Origin: an uncultured Bacilli bacterium
Lineage (GTDB): Bacteria > Bacillota_I > Bacilli_A > RF39 > UBA660
Direction: 5' to 3'
NCBI GenBank assembly: GCA_934087515.1
Contig: CAKOIY010000002.1
Location: 1 to 63,761 of the forward strand
DNA: 63,761 nt
Within the stretch, counting starts at the first letter, position 1; every line of letters begins with the position of its first letter. Both the position numbers and the translations under genes were made by a program. This document shows positions 9,593 through 20,465 of this stretch, one piece after another. A model generated the notes under the pieces. It searched no databases and was not told where the DNA came from. It saw nothing but the letters and a program-made list of their open reading frames with translations.

Positions 9593-9702
9593 TAATTATC
9601 ACCTATTACTATTTTAACATGAAATTTGTTGTTTTAAAAGTTTTGGTTTTTAGTTTATTTATTTTATTATTTTGTAAAGTTTTGATTATTTTTTCAAACC
9701 TT

Positions 9703-9731
9703 TTGATTTATTGTTTGAATAGTTATATAAT
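9703..9731 (+). promoter_or_regulatory. Sigma-A-type promoter for pdp
   Basis: TTGATT-17 nt-TATAAT, about 20 nt upstream of the GTG start and its AGGTGG SD. Confidence 0.55.
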
Positions 9732-9750
9732 TGATATAGTAGGTGGTAGT

Positions 9751-10998
9751 GTGAATAAGATAATTAATAAACTTAAGAATAGGGAGATTCTTTCTTATGA
9801 TGAGCTTTCTTTACTTTTTATGGGTTATTTAAATGATAAAGTTAATGATGAGGAAATGACTGTTTGTCTTAAACTTATATGTAAGAATGGTCTTAGTGAT
9901 GATGAGATTTTTAATCTTACTGATATATTTATTAGAAGCGGTGAGGTTCTTCCTAAGAATTCTTCTTTTATTGATAAGCATTCTACGGGAGGGGTTGGAG
10001 ATAAGACTACTTTGATTGTTCTTCCAGTTCTTGCTAGTTTGGGTGTTAAGATATCTAAGATGAGTGGTAGGGCTCTTGGGTACACTGGTGGTACTATTGA
10101 TAAGCTTGATTCTATTGGGGTTAAGACTGCTCTTACTAAGAAGGAATTTTATGATTTGATTGGTAAGACTAATATGGTTGTGTCTTCTCAAACAGATAAT
10201 TTATGTCCTTTGGATAAGAAGGTTTATGCTTTAAGAGATGTTACTGGTACGACTAAGTCAGTGGCTTTGATTGCGGTTTCTATTATGAGTAAGAAAATTG
10301 CTAGTGGTGCTGGGAAGATTTTGATTGATATTAAGGTTGGAACTGGTGCTTTAGTTGAGGATAAGAAACAGGCTAGGGAACTTGCTAGGATTATGATTGC
10401 TATTGGTAAGAGGTATGATAGAAAGGTTATTTGTATGCTTACTAGAATGGATAATCCTCTTGGTGATAATATTGGTAATAAGATAGAAGTTATGGAGGTT
10501 GTTGATATTCTTAAGAATGGTAAGAGGAATAATCTTAGTGTTTTGTGTATTGAAATGGCTAGTTTGATGTATTTTATGAGTAAAGATGTTAGTATGGATA
10601 TTGCTAGGGATAGGGTTAAGTATGCTATTTCTAGTGGGAAGGCTTATAAGACTTTTGAGGAGTTTGTGTCTCTACAAGGAGGAAGTATTCCTAATGGTGA
10701 TGATGATAAGTGTTACGAGCTTAAGGCTGTTAGAAGTGGTTATATTGGGAATATTAATAGTATGATTATTGGTAGGACTTCAATGATGCTTGGAGCTGGA
10801 AGAATTAAGAAAACTGATAATATAGATTTTGATGCTGGTATAATTCTTAAGAAGAATGTGGGGGATTATGTTAGAAAAGGTGATGTTTTGATGAATCTTT
10901 ATGGTAAGAAGTTATCTTTTGATAAGGTGTATGATGCATATAAGTTTTCGTTTTTTAAGCCTTTTAGAAAGAGTATAATTATAGATGTTATGGAGTAA
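9751..10998 (+). CDS. pdp: Pyrimidine-nucleoside (thymidine) phosphorylase
   Basis: KHSTGGVGDKTTL motif and family-wide similarity. I moved the start to GTG 9751 (VNKIINKLKN...), preceded by AGGTGG. The 44-aa hydrophobic N-terminal extension in the ORF track is unlikely to be real. Confidence 0.9.
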   Translation: MNKIINKLKNREILSYDELSLLFMGYLNDKVNDEEMTVCLKLICKNGLSDDEIFNLTDIFIRSGEVLPKNSSFIDKHSTGGVGDKTTLIVLPVLASLGVKISKMSGRALGYTGGTIDKLDSIGVKTALTKKEFYDLIGKTNMVVSSQTDNLCPLDKKVYALRDVTGTTKSVALIAVSIMSKKIASGAGKILIDIKVGTGALVEDKKQARELARIMIAIGKRYDRKVICMLTRMDNPLGDNIGNKIEVMEVVDILKNGKRNNLSVLCIEMASLMYFMSKDVSMDIARDRVKYAISSGKAYKTFEEFVSLQGGSIPNGDDDKCYELKAVRSGYIGNINSMIIGRTSMMLGAGRIKKTDNIDFDAGIILKKNVGDYVRKGDVLMNLYGKKLSFDKVYDAYKFSFFKPFRKSIIIDVME

Positions 10999-11052
10999 AT
11001 TTATTGTATAAGTGTATTTTGTGTGATATAATTAAGCAAAGGAGTTGATAAT

Positions 11053-11421
11053 ATGAGTAAATTTTGTTCTAATTGTGGGAGTGAGTTAAAGAAGAGTTCT
11101 TCTTTTTGTAGTAAATGTGGTCATAAAGTAGAGGAAGATAAAGAGGTAGTTGCTGGAGAAGTTGTTAATGATGAAAATGGTAATAGTTCTTTTCCTAAAT
11201 CTAAGATTGCTGCAGGGCTTTTAGGTATATTTTTAGGAGCTTTTGGAGTTCATAATTTTTATTTAGGTTATACTGGAAAGGCTGTTGGACAATTACTTAT
11301 TACAGTTTTATCTTGTGGTTTTTTGTCATTTGTTTCTGGTATATGGGGACTTGTTGAGGGAATTTTAATTCTTACAGGTACTATTAATATAGATGCGGAT
11401 GGTAATTATTTAGTTGACTAA
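11053..11421 (+). CDS. Zinc-ribbon + TM2-domain membrane protein
   Basis: CxxC...CxxC N-terminus and a TM2 core (AAGLLGIFLGAFGVHNFYLGYTGKA). Confidence 0.75.
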   Translation: MSKFCSNCGSELKKSSSFCSKCGHKVEEDKEVVAGEVVNDENGNSSFPKSKIAAGLLGIFLGAFGVHNFYLGYTGKAVGQLLITVLSCGFLSFVSGIWGLVEGILILTGTINIDADGNYLVD

Positions 11422-11788
11422 GTTTAGTGATAAGAAATTTATTTTATTGATATTTTTAATACTACTTGTATTTGGTGTACTAGTAGTATTTGTTTTTGAT
11501 GTTGATTGTTTGTTTAAGAGTATTTTTGGGATTTCTTGTCCTGGATGTGGTTTGACTAGAGGTTTTAGAGCTTTGTTTTATGGCAATTTTAAAGAGGCAT
11601 TTTTTTATAATATACTTACTATTCCTATATTTTTGTTTTTAGTTATTTTTCTTGTTTTGTTTGTTATTGATATTTTGTGTAATAGGAATTTTGTTAGTAG
11701 ATATTTGTTGTTTTTTTCTAAGTATTATTATATTTTAATTATTTTGGTAATAATTAGTTTTGTTTTTAATAATGTTAGAGGCGTATAA
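11414..11788 (+). CDS. DUF2752-family membrane protein
   Basis: CPGCGLTRGF motif and several TM helices. The TTG start overlaps the preceding stop, so the exact start is uncertain. Confidence 0.6.
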   Translation: MTKFSDKKFILLIFLILLVFGVLVVFVFDVDCLFKSIFGISCPGCGLTRGFRALFYGNFKEAFFYNILTIPIFLFLVIFLVLFVIDILCNRNFVSRYLLFFSKYYYILIILVIISFVFNNVRGV

Positions 11789-11824
11789 AAAACAAGTTAA
11801 TTTTATTTTTGTTTAACTTGTTTT
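11787..11824. terminator. Bidirectional intrinsic terminator
   Basis: CAAGTTAA (11793-11800) pairs with TTAACTTG (11813-11820), with an A-run and a T-run flanking. Confidence 0.6.
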
Positions 11825-13272
11825 ATATTTATTATATATGGAGCTTCTTTGTTTTCTGTGTTATGGAATTCTTCATATGTATAATTTGTTAATGTTTTTA
11901 GATATTTTATTATTTCTTTACTTTCTTTTTTTCCTTCTTCATGTCCTGGATATATTGTTATTACGATATGTCCTTTTTTATTTAACATGTTAAGGCTTTG
12001 TTTTATAGCATGTATTGTTGTTTCTGTTTTTGTTGTTATTTCTTTGTTTTCTTTTGGGAGGAATCCTAGGTTAAATATTATTAGGGATATTTTTTGTTTG
12101 TATTTTTTTAATGTTTTTTCTATGTTTTCGTGTCCTGTTTGATATAGTTTATAGTTTTTGTATTTGTCTTTTAGGAGGTTGTTGGTGTTTTCTATTGCTT
12201 TTTTTTGAATATCGAAACCGAAGAGAAATCCTTTTGTTATTATGCTTAGGAGATAGTTTGAGTCTTTTCCGTTTCCTATTGTGCCATCTATTACTATGTC
12301 GTTTTGTTTTAGGTTTGTTTCCATAAGTGTTCTTGCTTTGTTTAAAATACTTAGGTTGTAACCTTGATATGTGTTTCTTTGTTTTAGGGTTTTGTCTATA
12401 TCATTTAGAATAGTAAATTTTTTTGTTGTCCATTGAGGCTCTAGGAGGTCGTTTTTATCTGGATCTCCAGTTAATCTATTTATTATTATTTCTTCGTTTA
12501 AATTTTCTAGTTGATCACATACTATATCTATGTATTCTTCTTTGGTTAGAATATGAAAGTTTTTTTCTTTATATAATTTTTCTAATTTTGTATCTTTTAG
12601 GATGTGAAGCATATGTATTTTTATTCCGTCTATATGTAGTTTATTTAAGTATTGTACGGTTTCTAGCATCATGTTTTTGGTTTCATAGGGAAGACTATTT
12701 ATGATATGTACTACTACTTTTATTTTAGCTTTTTTAAGTTTTTTGTACATGGTTTCGAATTCTTCTAGAGTGTGACCTCTATTGATTAGTTTTGATGTTT
12801 TTTCATGGATTGTTTGTAAGCCTAATTCTATTACTAAATTGGTTTTTTTATTTAGTTCTTGTAGGTATTCTAGGCATTCATTTGTAATGGCATCTGGTCT
12901 TGTTGCTATGTTTATTCCTACGACGTTTTCATATGTTAGTACTTCTTCGTATGATTTTTTTAAGTATTCTAAATCTCCATAGGTGTTGGTATTTGAACCA
13001 AAGTATGCTATGTATTTGGCGTTTTTCCATTTTTTATGAAGGATTTGTTTTTGACTTTCGAATTGTTCTTTTAAGGATTTATTGCAGTTTCCTCCAAAGG
13101 ATGATCCACCGCTTTTACAATATATGCATCCTCCAGTTCCTTTAGTTCCGTCTTTGTTTGGACATGATAGTCCTAGGTTTAGGTTTACTTTAAATACTTT
13201 AGAATTATATTTTGTTTTGTAGTAGTAATCTAGAGTATGATATCTTTTATTATTATATGAATATTTAAACAT
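11803..13272 (-). CDS. Fusion protein: TIGR01212-type radical SAM (YtqA-like) + SAM-dependent tRNA methyltransferase (YtqB/MnmM-like)
   Basis: N-terminal half has CPNKDGTKGTGGCIYC. C-terminal half has DGTIGNGKDS...GFDIQ...IFNLGFLP...TIYPGHEEGKKE, colinear with B. subtilis YtqB. I moved the start to ATG 13272, which has an AAGGAAG SD. Confidence 0.8.
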   Translation of the reverse strand: MFKYSYNNKRYHTLDYYYKTKYNSKVFKVNLNLGLSCPNKDGTKGTGGCIYCKSGGSSFGGNCNKSLKEQFESQKQILHKKWKNAKYIAYFGSNTNTYGDLEYLKKSYEEVLTYENVVGINIATRPDAITNECLEYLQELNKKTNLVIELGLQTIHEKTSKLINRGHTLEEFETMYKKLKKAKIKVVVHIINSLPYETKNMMLETVQYLNKLHIDGIKIHMLHILKDTKLEKLYKEKNFHILTKEEYIDIVCDQLENLNEEIIINRLTGDPDKNDLLEPQWTTKKFTILNDIDKTLKQRNTYQGYNLSILNKARTLMETNLKQNDIVIDGTIGNGKDSNYLLSIITKGFLFGFDIQKKAIENTNNLLKDKYKNYKLYQTGHENIEKTLKKYKQKISLIIFNLGFLPKENKEITTKTETTIHAIKQSLNMLNKKGHIVITIYPGHEEGKKESKEIIKYLKTLTNYTYEEFHNTENKEAPYIINIKQVKQK

Positions 13273-13425
13273 GAAATCACTTCCTTGATTTATTATATAG
13301 AAAAACTTAGTAAATCTCAATTGTTTTGTAAATTTGATGTAAAGTTGTTGTTTTTTTTCCGGGTGTTCTTGAAGCTGGTAGGATTAATATTATATAATTA
13401 TAGTATGATTGGAAGGAGTATTTGT

Positions 13426-14145
13426 ATGGAAAAGAAAAGTAATAAGGGTTTAATTGTTTTGGTTGTTATTCTTGCTATTTTATTAGTGGGTAGTATAGGA
13501 TATATTTGTTATGATAAATTTGTTTTAGATAAAGATGTTAATCAGGTTTTGTCTAAGACTAAGAGAGATTTAAAGGTTTCAAATGAGGAAAAAGATAAGG
13601 TTGTTAAGGATTATAAGGATGCTGTTTCTAAGATAAAGAAACTTGAGGATAAGTCTAATGTTTCGGTTGATGATAAAAATTATATAATTAGTAGGATTCA
13701 TTCTAGTGATAATATGAATATTTATGCTATATGTAATAAAGGTATATTTTATGCTTATAAGGGTAAAATGTATTTTGGTAGTAGTAATGGTGATAATTTC
13801 TATGATATTTTATATAATGATAAACCTAATAAGAGTAATAAAAGTAGTGGTTATACTGTGATTAATTTGGGTCTTAAGGAAGATTCTGTTAAGAAGATTT
13901 TTGTTACTAATAATCGTTTTACTCGTGATTCTCAACAAAGTATTTATTTTATTATGAGTGATGGTTCAGTGAGGTATTATTCTACTATTGATATTGTTAA
14001 TAATAATTATAAGACTATTCTTAAGAAGTATAAGGTTAGTGATTTAGATGTTGTTGGTTGTGGTAAAAGTGATGAACTTGGTTGTTTATCTTTAAAATAT
14101 GAACTTACTTTGATGGATGGTTCTAAGAAGGTTGTTGAGGAATAG
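13426..14145 (+). CDS. Membrane-anchored hypothetical protein
   Basis: I moved the start to ATG 13426 (MEKKSNKG...), which has a GGAAGGAG SD. One TM helix followed by an extracellular domain. Confidence 0.55.
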   Translation: MEKKSNKGLIVLVVILAILLVGSIGYICYDKFVLDKDVNQVLSKTKRDLKVSNEEKDKVVKDYKDAVSKIKKLEDKSNVSVDDKNYIISRIHSSDNMNIYAICNKGIFYAYKGKMYFGSSNGDNFYDILYNDKPNKSNKSSGYTVINLGLKEDSVKKIFVTNNRFTRDSQQSIYFIMSDGSVRYYSTIDIVNNNYKTILKKYKVSDLDVVGCGKSDELGCLSLKYELTLMDGSKKVVEE

Positions 14146-14165
14146 TTTTTATTTGTATTTTATGG

Positions 14166-14194
14166 CACTTGATTGATTTCAAGTGTTTTTTTTT
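14166..14194 (+). terminator. Intrinsic terminator
   Basis: CACTTGA-ttgatt-TCAAGTG hairpin followed by T9. Confidence 0.8.
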
Positions 14195-14265
14195 GGAAAA
14201 AATTTATGTTAGGGGTAGGTGCTTTTGATTTTTTCGGTAATAGTATATATGAAGGGAGAGATTAG

Positions 14266-14934
14266 ATGTTTAAAAAGATTAAAATTTATAATAATAATGG
14301 AAAGTTTTTGTTTGAGGAGGATGGTGTTAAGTATGATTATCTTGATCCTTTGACAAAGGGGCTATTTAATACTATTATTCTTACTAGAGAGGGAAAGGCT
14401 ATAATTGAGTCTATTGTTAGGAATGTTTTTGGTAAGGTGATTTATACTATTGATTCTAGAGGAGAGGAGTATTTGGTTAGATTTGGTGATACTTTTGATG
14501 ATAGTTGTTTTTATGTTGTTACTGTTTCTTTGAAGAATAAAATTGTTTTTGAGGGAGATGATGGTGGTTATGAGGTTTGTTTGATTAATGATGTTTTGTC
14601 TGATGATAATCTTGTTTGTGATAATGGTGTTGTTGATAGTTTTAGGAGTTTTTTTATAAATCTTGGATATTTTAAGAAGAGTAATTATACTAGGGAGGAG
14701 TTTAAGAATTTTAGTGAATTTGAAAGATTTTGTTTTCTTTTTAAATCTAGGAGTAGAAGTGCTCTTTATGGTGCTGGTAAGGGAAATGAAAAGATTAAGA
14801 GACTTATATATTTGATTGATGATTTGAGTACACCTTTTTATCTTGATGGTTATCCTAATGGTTCAGTTGTTTGTGAGGTTACGGATCATGGTGATGGTAA
14901 GAGTTGTTTTGTTGTTCGATATGATTATAGTTAA
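14266..14934 (+). CDS. Hypothetical protein
   Basis: 222-aa ORF with a GGGAGAG SD. No motif that I recognise. Confidence 0.5.
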   Translation: MFKKIKIYNNNGKFLFEEDGVKYDYLDPLTKGLFNTIILTREGKAIIESIVRNVFGKVIYTIDSRGEEYLVRFGDTFDDSCFYVVTVSLKNKIVFEGDDGGYEVCLINDVLSDDNLVCDNGVVDSFRSFFINLGYFKKSNYTREEFKNFSEFERFCFLFKSRSRSALYGAGKGNEKIKRLIYLIDDLSTPFYLDGYPNGSVVCEVTDHGDGKSCFVVRYDYS

Positions 14935-15012
14935 TAGTTTTTCTTGTGCTTTTCTTCTTGTTTTTTTATATTAAATTTATTATAATATATATGTATTTAA
15001 GAGGTGAATTGT

Positions 15013-15378
15013 ATGAATTTTTATTTTTGTGTAGTGGAGTTTTGTGTTGCTGTAGCTTTAGTCCTCTTATTTTATAAGTTTGTTGAAACTAGAAAGATTG
15101 ATAAATATACTAAAAATAATATTCCTACTGATCTTAAACTTTTTATTCAGACTCAAAGGGTTGATGTTAAGAAGATTGGTTATGAAAAGTTAATGAAGAT
15201 TGTGGCTGTTATTAATGCTATTGATGTTGGGTTAGTGCTGCTTGTTACTAATGTTGTTGATAATATACTTCTTAAGTTAGCAGTTGCAATTCCTGTAATA
15301 TTTATTGTTTTATTTTTAAGTTATAAGTTTGCAGGGTATATTTTAAAGAGGAAAGGACTTGTTAAAGATGAATCATAA
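15013..15378 (+). CDS. Small membrane protein
   Basis: ATG 15013 follows a GAGGTG SD. Three predicted TM helices. The 3' end overlaps the leuS start. Confidence 0.5.
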   Translation: MNFYFCVVEFCVAVALVLLFYKFVETRKIDKYTKNNIPTDLKLFIQTQRVDVKKIGYEKLMKIVAVINAIDVGLVLLVTNVVDNILLKLAVAIPVIFIVLFLSYKFAGYILKRKGLVKDES

Positions 15379-17758
15379 GTTAATAGAAGAAAAATGGCAA
15401 AAGTATTGGGATGAAAATAAGACTTTTAAGACTGATATATGGGATTTTAGTAAACCTAAGTTTTATGCTCTTGATATGTTTCCTTATCCTAGTGGGGTAG
15501 GTCTTCATGCTGGGCATCCAGAGGGGTATACTGCTACTGATATTGTATCTCGTATGAAAAGGATGCAAGGTTATAATGTTCTTCATCCAATGGGATTTGA
15601 TTCTTTTGGGCTTCCAGCTGAACAATATGCGGTTAATACTGGGAATCATCCTGCTGAGTTTACTAATTATAATATTGGAACATTTACCAAACAATTAAAA
15701 ATGTTGGGATTTGATTTTGATTGGGATAGATTTATTTCTACTAGTGATCCTAAATATTATAAGTGGACTCAATGGATTTTTAAGAGACTTTATGAGGATA
15801 GACTTGCTAAACTTGTTGATATGCCTGTTAATTGGTGTGAGGAACTTGGTACTGTTCTTGCTAATGATGAGGTTATTGATGGTAAGAGTGAACGTGGTGG
15901 TTTTCCTGTTGTTAGAAAAAATATGAAGCAATGGGTAATTGATATGCCTAAGTATGCTGAAAGATTACTTGATGGTTTGAATGATATAGATTGGCCAGAA
16001 TCTACTAAGGAAATTGAAAGAAACTGGATTGGAAAGAGTGTTGGAGCAGAGGTTAATTTTAAGGTTGTAGGTTTTGATGAAGAATTTACAGTATTTACTA
16101 CTCGTCCAGATACTTTGTTTGGGGCAACTTATTGTGTTTTAGCTCCTGAACATGCTCTTGTTGATTTAATAACTACTTCTTCAAAGAAGAAAGAAGTTGA
16201 ATCTTATAAAATGGTATGTGCTTCTAAGAGTGATTTGGAAAGAACAGAACTTAATAAAGAAAAGACTGGTGTTTTTACTGGTAGTTATGCTGTTAATCCT
16301 ATTAATGGTAGTGAAATACCTATTTTTATAAGTGATTATGTTCTTGCTAGTTATGGTACTGGTGCTATTATGGCTGTTCCTGCTCATGATGAGAGGGATT
16401 ATGAGTTTGCTAAGAAGTTTAATCTTGATATAATTCCTGTTTTAGAAGGTGGGGATGTGTCTAAAGAAGCTTATACTGGTGATGGTGTTCATATTAATTC
16501 TGAGTTTTTAAATGGTCTTAATAAGGAAGAAGCTATTAATAGTGTTATTAAGTTTTTAGAAGATAAGAAATGTGGTAATAAGAAGGTTAATTATCGTCTT
16601 AGAGAATGGATTTTTGCTCGTCAAAGATATTGGGGTGAACCTGTACCTATTGTTTATTTTGAGGATGGTACTATGAAAGCTTTGGATGATAAAGATTTGC
16701 CTCTTGTGCTACCTCTTCTTAAAGATTATAGGGGTAAGAATGGTAAGGCTCCTTTAGATAGTGCTACTGAATGGAAGAATGTTGTGATTGATGGTAAGAA
16801 GGGTGTTAGGGAAACTTCTACTATGCCAGGTTCTGCTGGTTCTTCTTGGTATTATTTACGTTATATTGATCCTCATAATAATGAGGTGTTTGCAGATAAG
16901 AAATTAATTGAACACTGGATGCCTGTTGATCTTTATGTTGGAGGACCTGAACATGCTTGTGGACATTTACTTTATGCAAGAATGTGGAATAATTATTTAT
17001 ATGATAAAGGACTTGTTTCTGTAAAAGAGCCTTTTAAAAAGTTAGTACATCAAGGAATGATTCTTGGTTCTAATGGTCAAAAAATGGGAAAAAGATTTCC
17101 TAAATATGTTGTTAATCCTAATGATATTGTTAATGAATATGGAGCAGATACTTTAAGACTTTATGAAATGTTTATGGGACCGCTTGAGGCTGATAAACCT
17201 TGGAATGATAAAGGTGTTTTGGGAGCAAGAAAGTTTTTGGAAAGAGTATGGAGACTTTATTTAGAAGAAGATAAAATATGTGATAAGGAAAATAGTAATC
17301 TTGATAAGGTTTATAATGAAACTGTAAAAAAGGTTACTGAAGATTTTGAAACACTTAATTTTAATACTGCAGTAAGTCAAATGATGATTTTTATTAATAG
17401 TGTTTATAAGGAAGATGTTTTTCCTTTAAGTTATGCTCTTAATTTCTTGAAGCTTCTTAATCCTATTTGTCCTCATATGACTGAAGAATTATGGGAAAGA
17501 TTGGGACATAATGATACTATTGCTTTTGAAAAGTGGCCTTCATATGATGAAAGTAAGCTTGTGTGTGATACTAAGGTAATTGCTGTACAAGTTAATGGTA
17601 AAGTACGTGGTGAAGTAACTATTTCTGTTCTTGATGATGAGGATAGTGTTAAGGAAAAGGCTTTATCTTTAGATAATGTTAAGAGGCATATTGAAGGAAA
17701 AGAGATAGTTAAGATTATTGTTATAAAAGATAAAATTGTTAATATTGTTGTTAAATAA
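15368..17758 (+). CDS. leuS: Leucine--tRNA ligase
   Basis: [16 protein letters not shown] start, HIGH-like [13 protein letters not shown]-like QKMGKR, and full-length class Ia LeuRS architecture. Confidence 0.95.
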   Translation: MNHKLIEEKWQKYWDENKTFKTDIWDFSKPKFYALDMFPYPSGVGLHAGHPEGYTATDIVSRMKRMQGYNVLHPMGFDSFGLPAEQYAVNTGNHPAEFTNYNIGTFTKQLKMLGFDFDWDRFISTSDPKYYKWTQWIFKRLYEDRLAKLVDMPVNWCEELGTVLANDEVIDGKSERGGFPVVRKNMKQWVIDMPKYAERLLDGLNDIDWPESTKEIERNWIGKSVGAEVNFKVVGFDEEFTVFTTRPDTLFGATYCVLAPEHALVDLITTSSKKKEVESYKMVCASKSDLERTELNKEKTGVFTGSYAVNPINGSEIPIFISDYVLASYGTGAIMAVPAHDERDYEFAKKFNLDIIPVLEGGDVSKEAYTGDGVHINSEFLNGLNKEEAINSVIKFLEDKKCGNKKVNYRLREWIFARQRYWGEPVPIVYFEDGTMKALDDKDLPLVLPLLKDYRGKNGKAPLDSATEWKNVVIDGKKGVRETSTMPGSAGSSWYYLRYIDPHNNEVFADKKLIEHWMPVDLYVGGPEHACGHLLYARMWNNYLYDKGLVSVKEPFKKLVHQGMILGSNGQKMGKRFPKYVVNPNDIVNEYGADTLRLYEMFMGPLEADKPWNDKGVLGARKFLERVWRLYLEEDKICDKENSNLDKVYNETVKKVTEDFETLNFNTAVSQMMIFINSVYKEDVFPLSYALNFLKLLNPICPHMTEELWERLGHNDTIAFEKWPSYDESKLVCDTKVIAVQVNGKVRGEVTISVLDDEDSVKEKALSLDNVKRHIEGKEIVKIIVIKDKIVNIVVK

Positions 17759-17902
17759 TTGTATAATTGATATAGGAATTTATTTTCTTATATCTTTTTT
17801 GTTTTGTATTTTTGATTGTTTTGTTGCTTTTTTACGTAAAAATTTGTTAATAATTTGGTAATATTTTGTTTTTTAATGTATAATAAGTATGGTGATTTAT
17901 AA

Positions 17903-20455
17903 ATGAATGATACAAAAATTGCACTTGAGAGGATACATGAGTATTCTTTAGAAGAGATAATGGGACTTAGTTTTGGAAGATATTCTAAGTATATAATACA
18001 AGATAGGGCTATTCCAGATGTTAGGGATGGTCTTAAGCCTGTTCAAAGAAGAATTTTATATGGAATGTTTCGTGAACATAATACATATGATAAGCCTTAT
18101 AGAAAGAGTGCTAAAACTGTTGGTAGTATAATGGGTAATTATCATCCTCATGGTGATAGTTCTATTTATGAGGCTATGGTTCGTATGAGTCAATGGTGGA
18201 AACAAAATACTCCTTATATTGATATGCAAGGTAATAATGGTTCTATTGATGGGGATAGTCCTGCTGCAATGCGTTATACAGAAGCTAGGCTTTCTAAAGT
18301 TAGTAATGAGCTTTTAAAAGATATTGATAAAGATACTGTTACATGGGCTCCTAACTTTGATGATACAGAGCTTGAACCTACAGTGCTTCCTGCTAAGTTT
18401 CCTAATTTACTTGTTAATGGTACAACTGGTATAAGTGCTGGTTATGCTACTAATATTCCTCCACATAATTTAGGAGAAGTTATTGATGCTACAATTAAGA
18501 GAATAGATAGTCCTAATTGTAGGTTGGAAACAATTTTAGAAATAATAAAAGGTCCTGATTTTCCAACAGGGGGTGTGGTATATGAAGCTGATGGTATTAC
18601 TAAGGCTTTTACTTCAGGACGTGGTAAGATAATTGTTAGAGCTAAACTTGAGGTAACTAAGGTTAAGGGAAAAACAAATATTATTGTTACAGAGATTCCT
18701 TTTGATGTACTTAAGTCTAATATTACGAGAAAGATTGATGAAATACGTATTGATAAGAAAATTGAAGGTATTGCTGAAGTTCGTGATGAGACTGATAAGG
18801 AAGGACTTAGAATAGTTATTGAACTTAAAGCTGGTGCTAATACTGATTTAATTCTTAATTATTTATATAAAAATACTGAACTTCAAACTTCATATAATTA
18901 TAATATGATAGCAATAGTTAATCGTCGCCCTAGGTTACTTGGAATAATGGACATAATTGATGCTCATCTTGCTCATTATAAAGAAGTTGTTCTTAAGAGG
19001 ACTGCTTTTGATCTTGCTCATGCTAAAAAAAGGCTTCATATAGTTGAAGGACTTATTAAGGCTATTTCTATACTTGATGAAGTTATTAGAGTAATTCGTG
19101 CCAGTAAGAATAAGGCAGATGCTAAGGTTAATTTAGTTAAGGAATTTGATTTTACTGAGGATCAGGCTGAGGCTATTGTTGTTTTACAACTTTATAGACT
19201 TACTAATACTGATATTACAACTTTGGAAGAAGAACTTAATAACCTTAATATTATAATTATTGCTTTATCTAAGATAATAAATGAAGAAGAAGAACTTAAG
19301 AGGGTTATGAAGGAAGAACTTAGAGTAATGAAGAAAGAATATGCGATTCCTAGAAAGACTGTTATTACCAATGAAGAAGCGATTATAAAAATTGATGAGA
19401 AAGCAATGATTCCTAATGAAGAAGTTGTGGTTTTAATAACTAAGGATGGTTATGTTAAGAGAACTTCTATGAGAGGGTATAATGCTAATAGTGATGATCC
19501 TTTGCTTAAAGAAGGGGATTATATAATTGGACTTTATAAGCAAAGAACTATTGATACGCTTCTTGTGTTTACTAATTTGGGTAATTATTTGTTTTTACCT
19601 GTTCATGAGATTCCTGATATTAAGTGGAAAATGCTTGGTAAACATATAAGTAATATTATTAAGCTTTCAGAAAATGAAGAAATTGTAAGTGCTATTCCAG
19701 TTAATAATTTTGATGCAAAGATTGATATTTCAATTGTTAGTAAGAATGGTATGATTAAGAAGACTAGTTTAAGTGATTTTAAAGTTAGTAGATATAGTAA
19801 ACCAATTTCTTGTATGAAACTCAAAGATGGAGATTTTGTTATTAATGCATTTTTAGTTAAATATAATGATATATTTGTTAGTACTTATAATGCTTATGGA
19901 CTTTGGTTTGATATGGGAGAGGTTCCAACTTCTGGTATTAAGTCTAGTGGTGTTAAAGCTATTAATTTAAAAGATGATTATGTGATAAGTGCTAATATAT
20001 TTGACAAAAATAAAGAATATGTTACAATATTTACTAATAACAGAACTGCTAAAAGGGTTAGACTTGAGGAATTTGAGAAATCTTCAAGGGCTCGAAGGGG
20101 ATTACTTTTATTAAGAGAGGTTAAGACTAATCCTTATAAGGTTATTAAGACGTTTATTGTAGATAATCGTGATTATTTTGGATTTAAAATAGGTAATTCT
20201 ATTTCTAATTTAAAGAATACTGAAATAACTATAGCAGATCGTTATAAGACTGGTTCTACTATATTTAAAGATGATATTGATGATATATTTGTTATTAAGT
20301 CTTTAGAAGAAGATATATCTGTTAATGGTGATAATCTTGATGAGGAGAACGAGATTGAAATTTTAGAAAGTAATAAAGAGGAGATTAAGCCTCATCAAGT
20401 GTCTTTGCTTGAGATAGATGATAGGCTTAGAGAAATAGATGATTTTCTAAAATAG
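17903..20455 (+). CDS. parC: DNA topoisomerase IV subunit A
   Basis: FGRYSKYIIQDRAIPDVRDGLKPVQRRILYGM is the Gram-positive ParC-type N-terminus (GyrA has SYLDYAMSVI at this position). 850 aa. No parE is adjacent. Confidence 0.85.
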   Translation: MNDTKIALERIHEYSLEEIMGLSFGRYSKYIIQDRAIPDVRDGLKPVQRRILYGMFREHNTYDKPYRKSAKTVGSIMGNYHPHGDSSIYEAMVRMSQWWKQNTPYIDMQGNNGSIDGDSPAAMRYTEARLSKVSNELLKDIDKDTVTWAPNFDDTELEPTVLPAKFPNLLVNGTTGISAGYATNIPPHNLGEVIDATIKRIDSPNCRLETILEIIKGPDFPTGGVVYEADGITKAFTSGRGKIIVRAKLEVTKVKGKTNIIVTEIPFDVLKSNITRKIDEIRIDKKIEGIAEVRDETDKEGLRIVIELKAGANTDLILNYLYKNTELQTSYNYNMIAIVNRRPRLLGIMDIIDAHLAHYKEVVLKRTAFDLAHAKKRLHIVEGLIKAISILDEVIRVIRASKNKADAKVNLVKEFDFTEDQAEAIVVLQLYRLTNTDITTLEEELNNLNIIIIALSKIINEEEELKRVMKEELRVMKKEYAIPRKTVITNEEAIIKIDEKAMIPNEEVVVLITKDGYVKRTSMRGYNANSDDPLLKEGDYIIGLYKQRTIDTLLVFTNLGNYLFLPVHEIPDIKWKMLGKHISNIIKLSENEEIVSAIPVNNFDAKIDISIVSKNGMIKKTSLSDFKVSRYSKPISCMKLKDGDFVINAFLVKYNDIFVSTYNAYGLWFDMGEVPTSGIKSSGVKAINLKDDYVISANIFDKNKEYVTIFTNNRTAKRVRLEEFEKSSRARRGLLLLREVKTNPYKVIKTFIVDNRDYFGFKIGNSISNLKNTEITIADRYKTGSTIFKDDIDDIFVIKSLEEDISVNGDNLDEENEIEILESNKEEIKPHQVSLLEIDDRLREIDDFLK

Positions 20456-20465
20456 GAGGTTTTTC

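Noticed and set aside
9619-9750. 44-aa hydrophobic N-terminal extension of pdp
   Set aside because: The homologous Pdp sequence starts at VNKIINKL.... GTG 9751 has an AGGTGG SD and a TTGATT-17-TATAAT promoter that lies inside the supposed extension.
14935-15367. T-box leader upstream of leuS (also looked upstream of proS at ~59000)
   Set aside because: I found no AGGGTGGTACCGCG-like T-box core, no specifier-loop architecture and no terminator. leuS overlaps the preceding membrane-protein gene, and proS overlaps tgt.
17903-20455. parC without an adjacent parE as an anomaly
   Set aside because: Separation of parE and parC occurs in various bacteria, and parE may simply lie elsewhere. This is not informative on its own.
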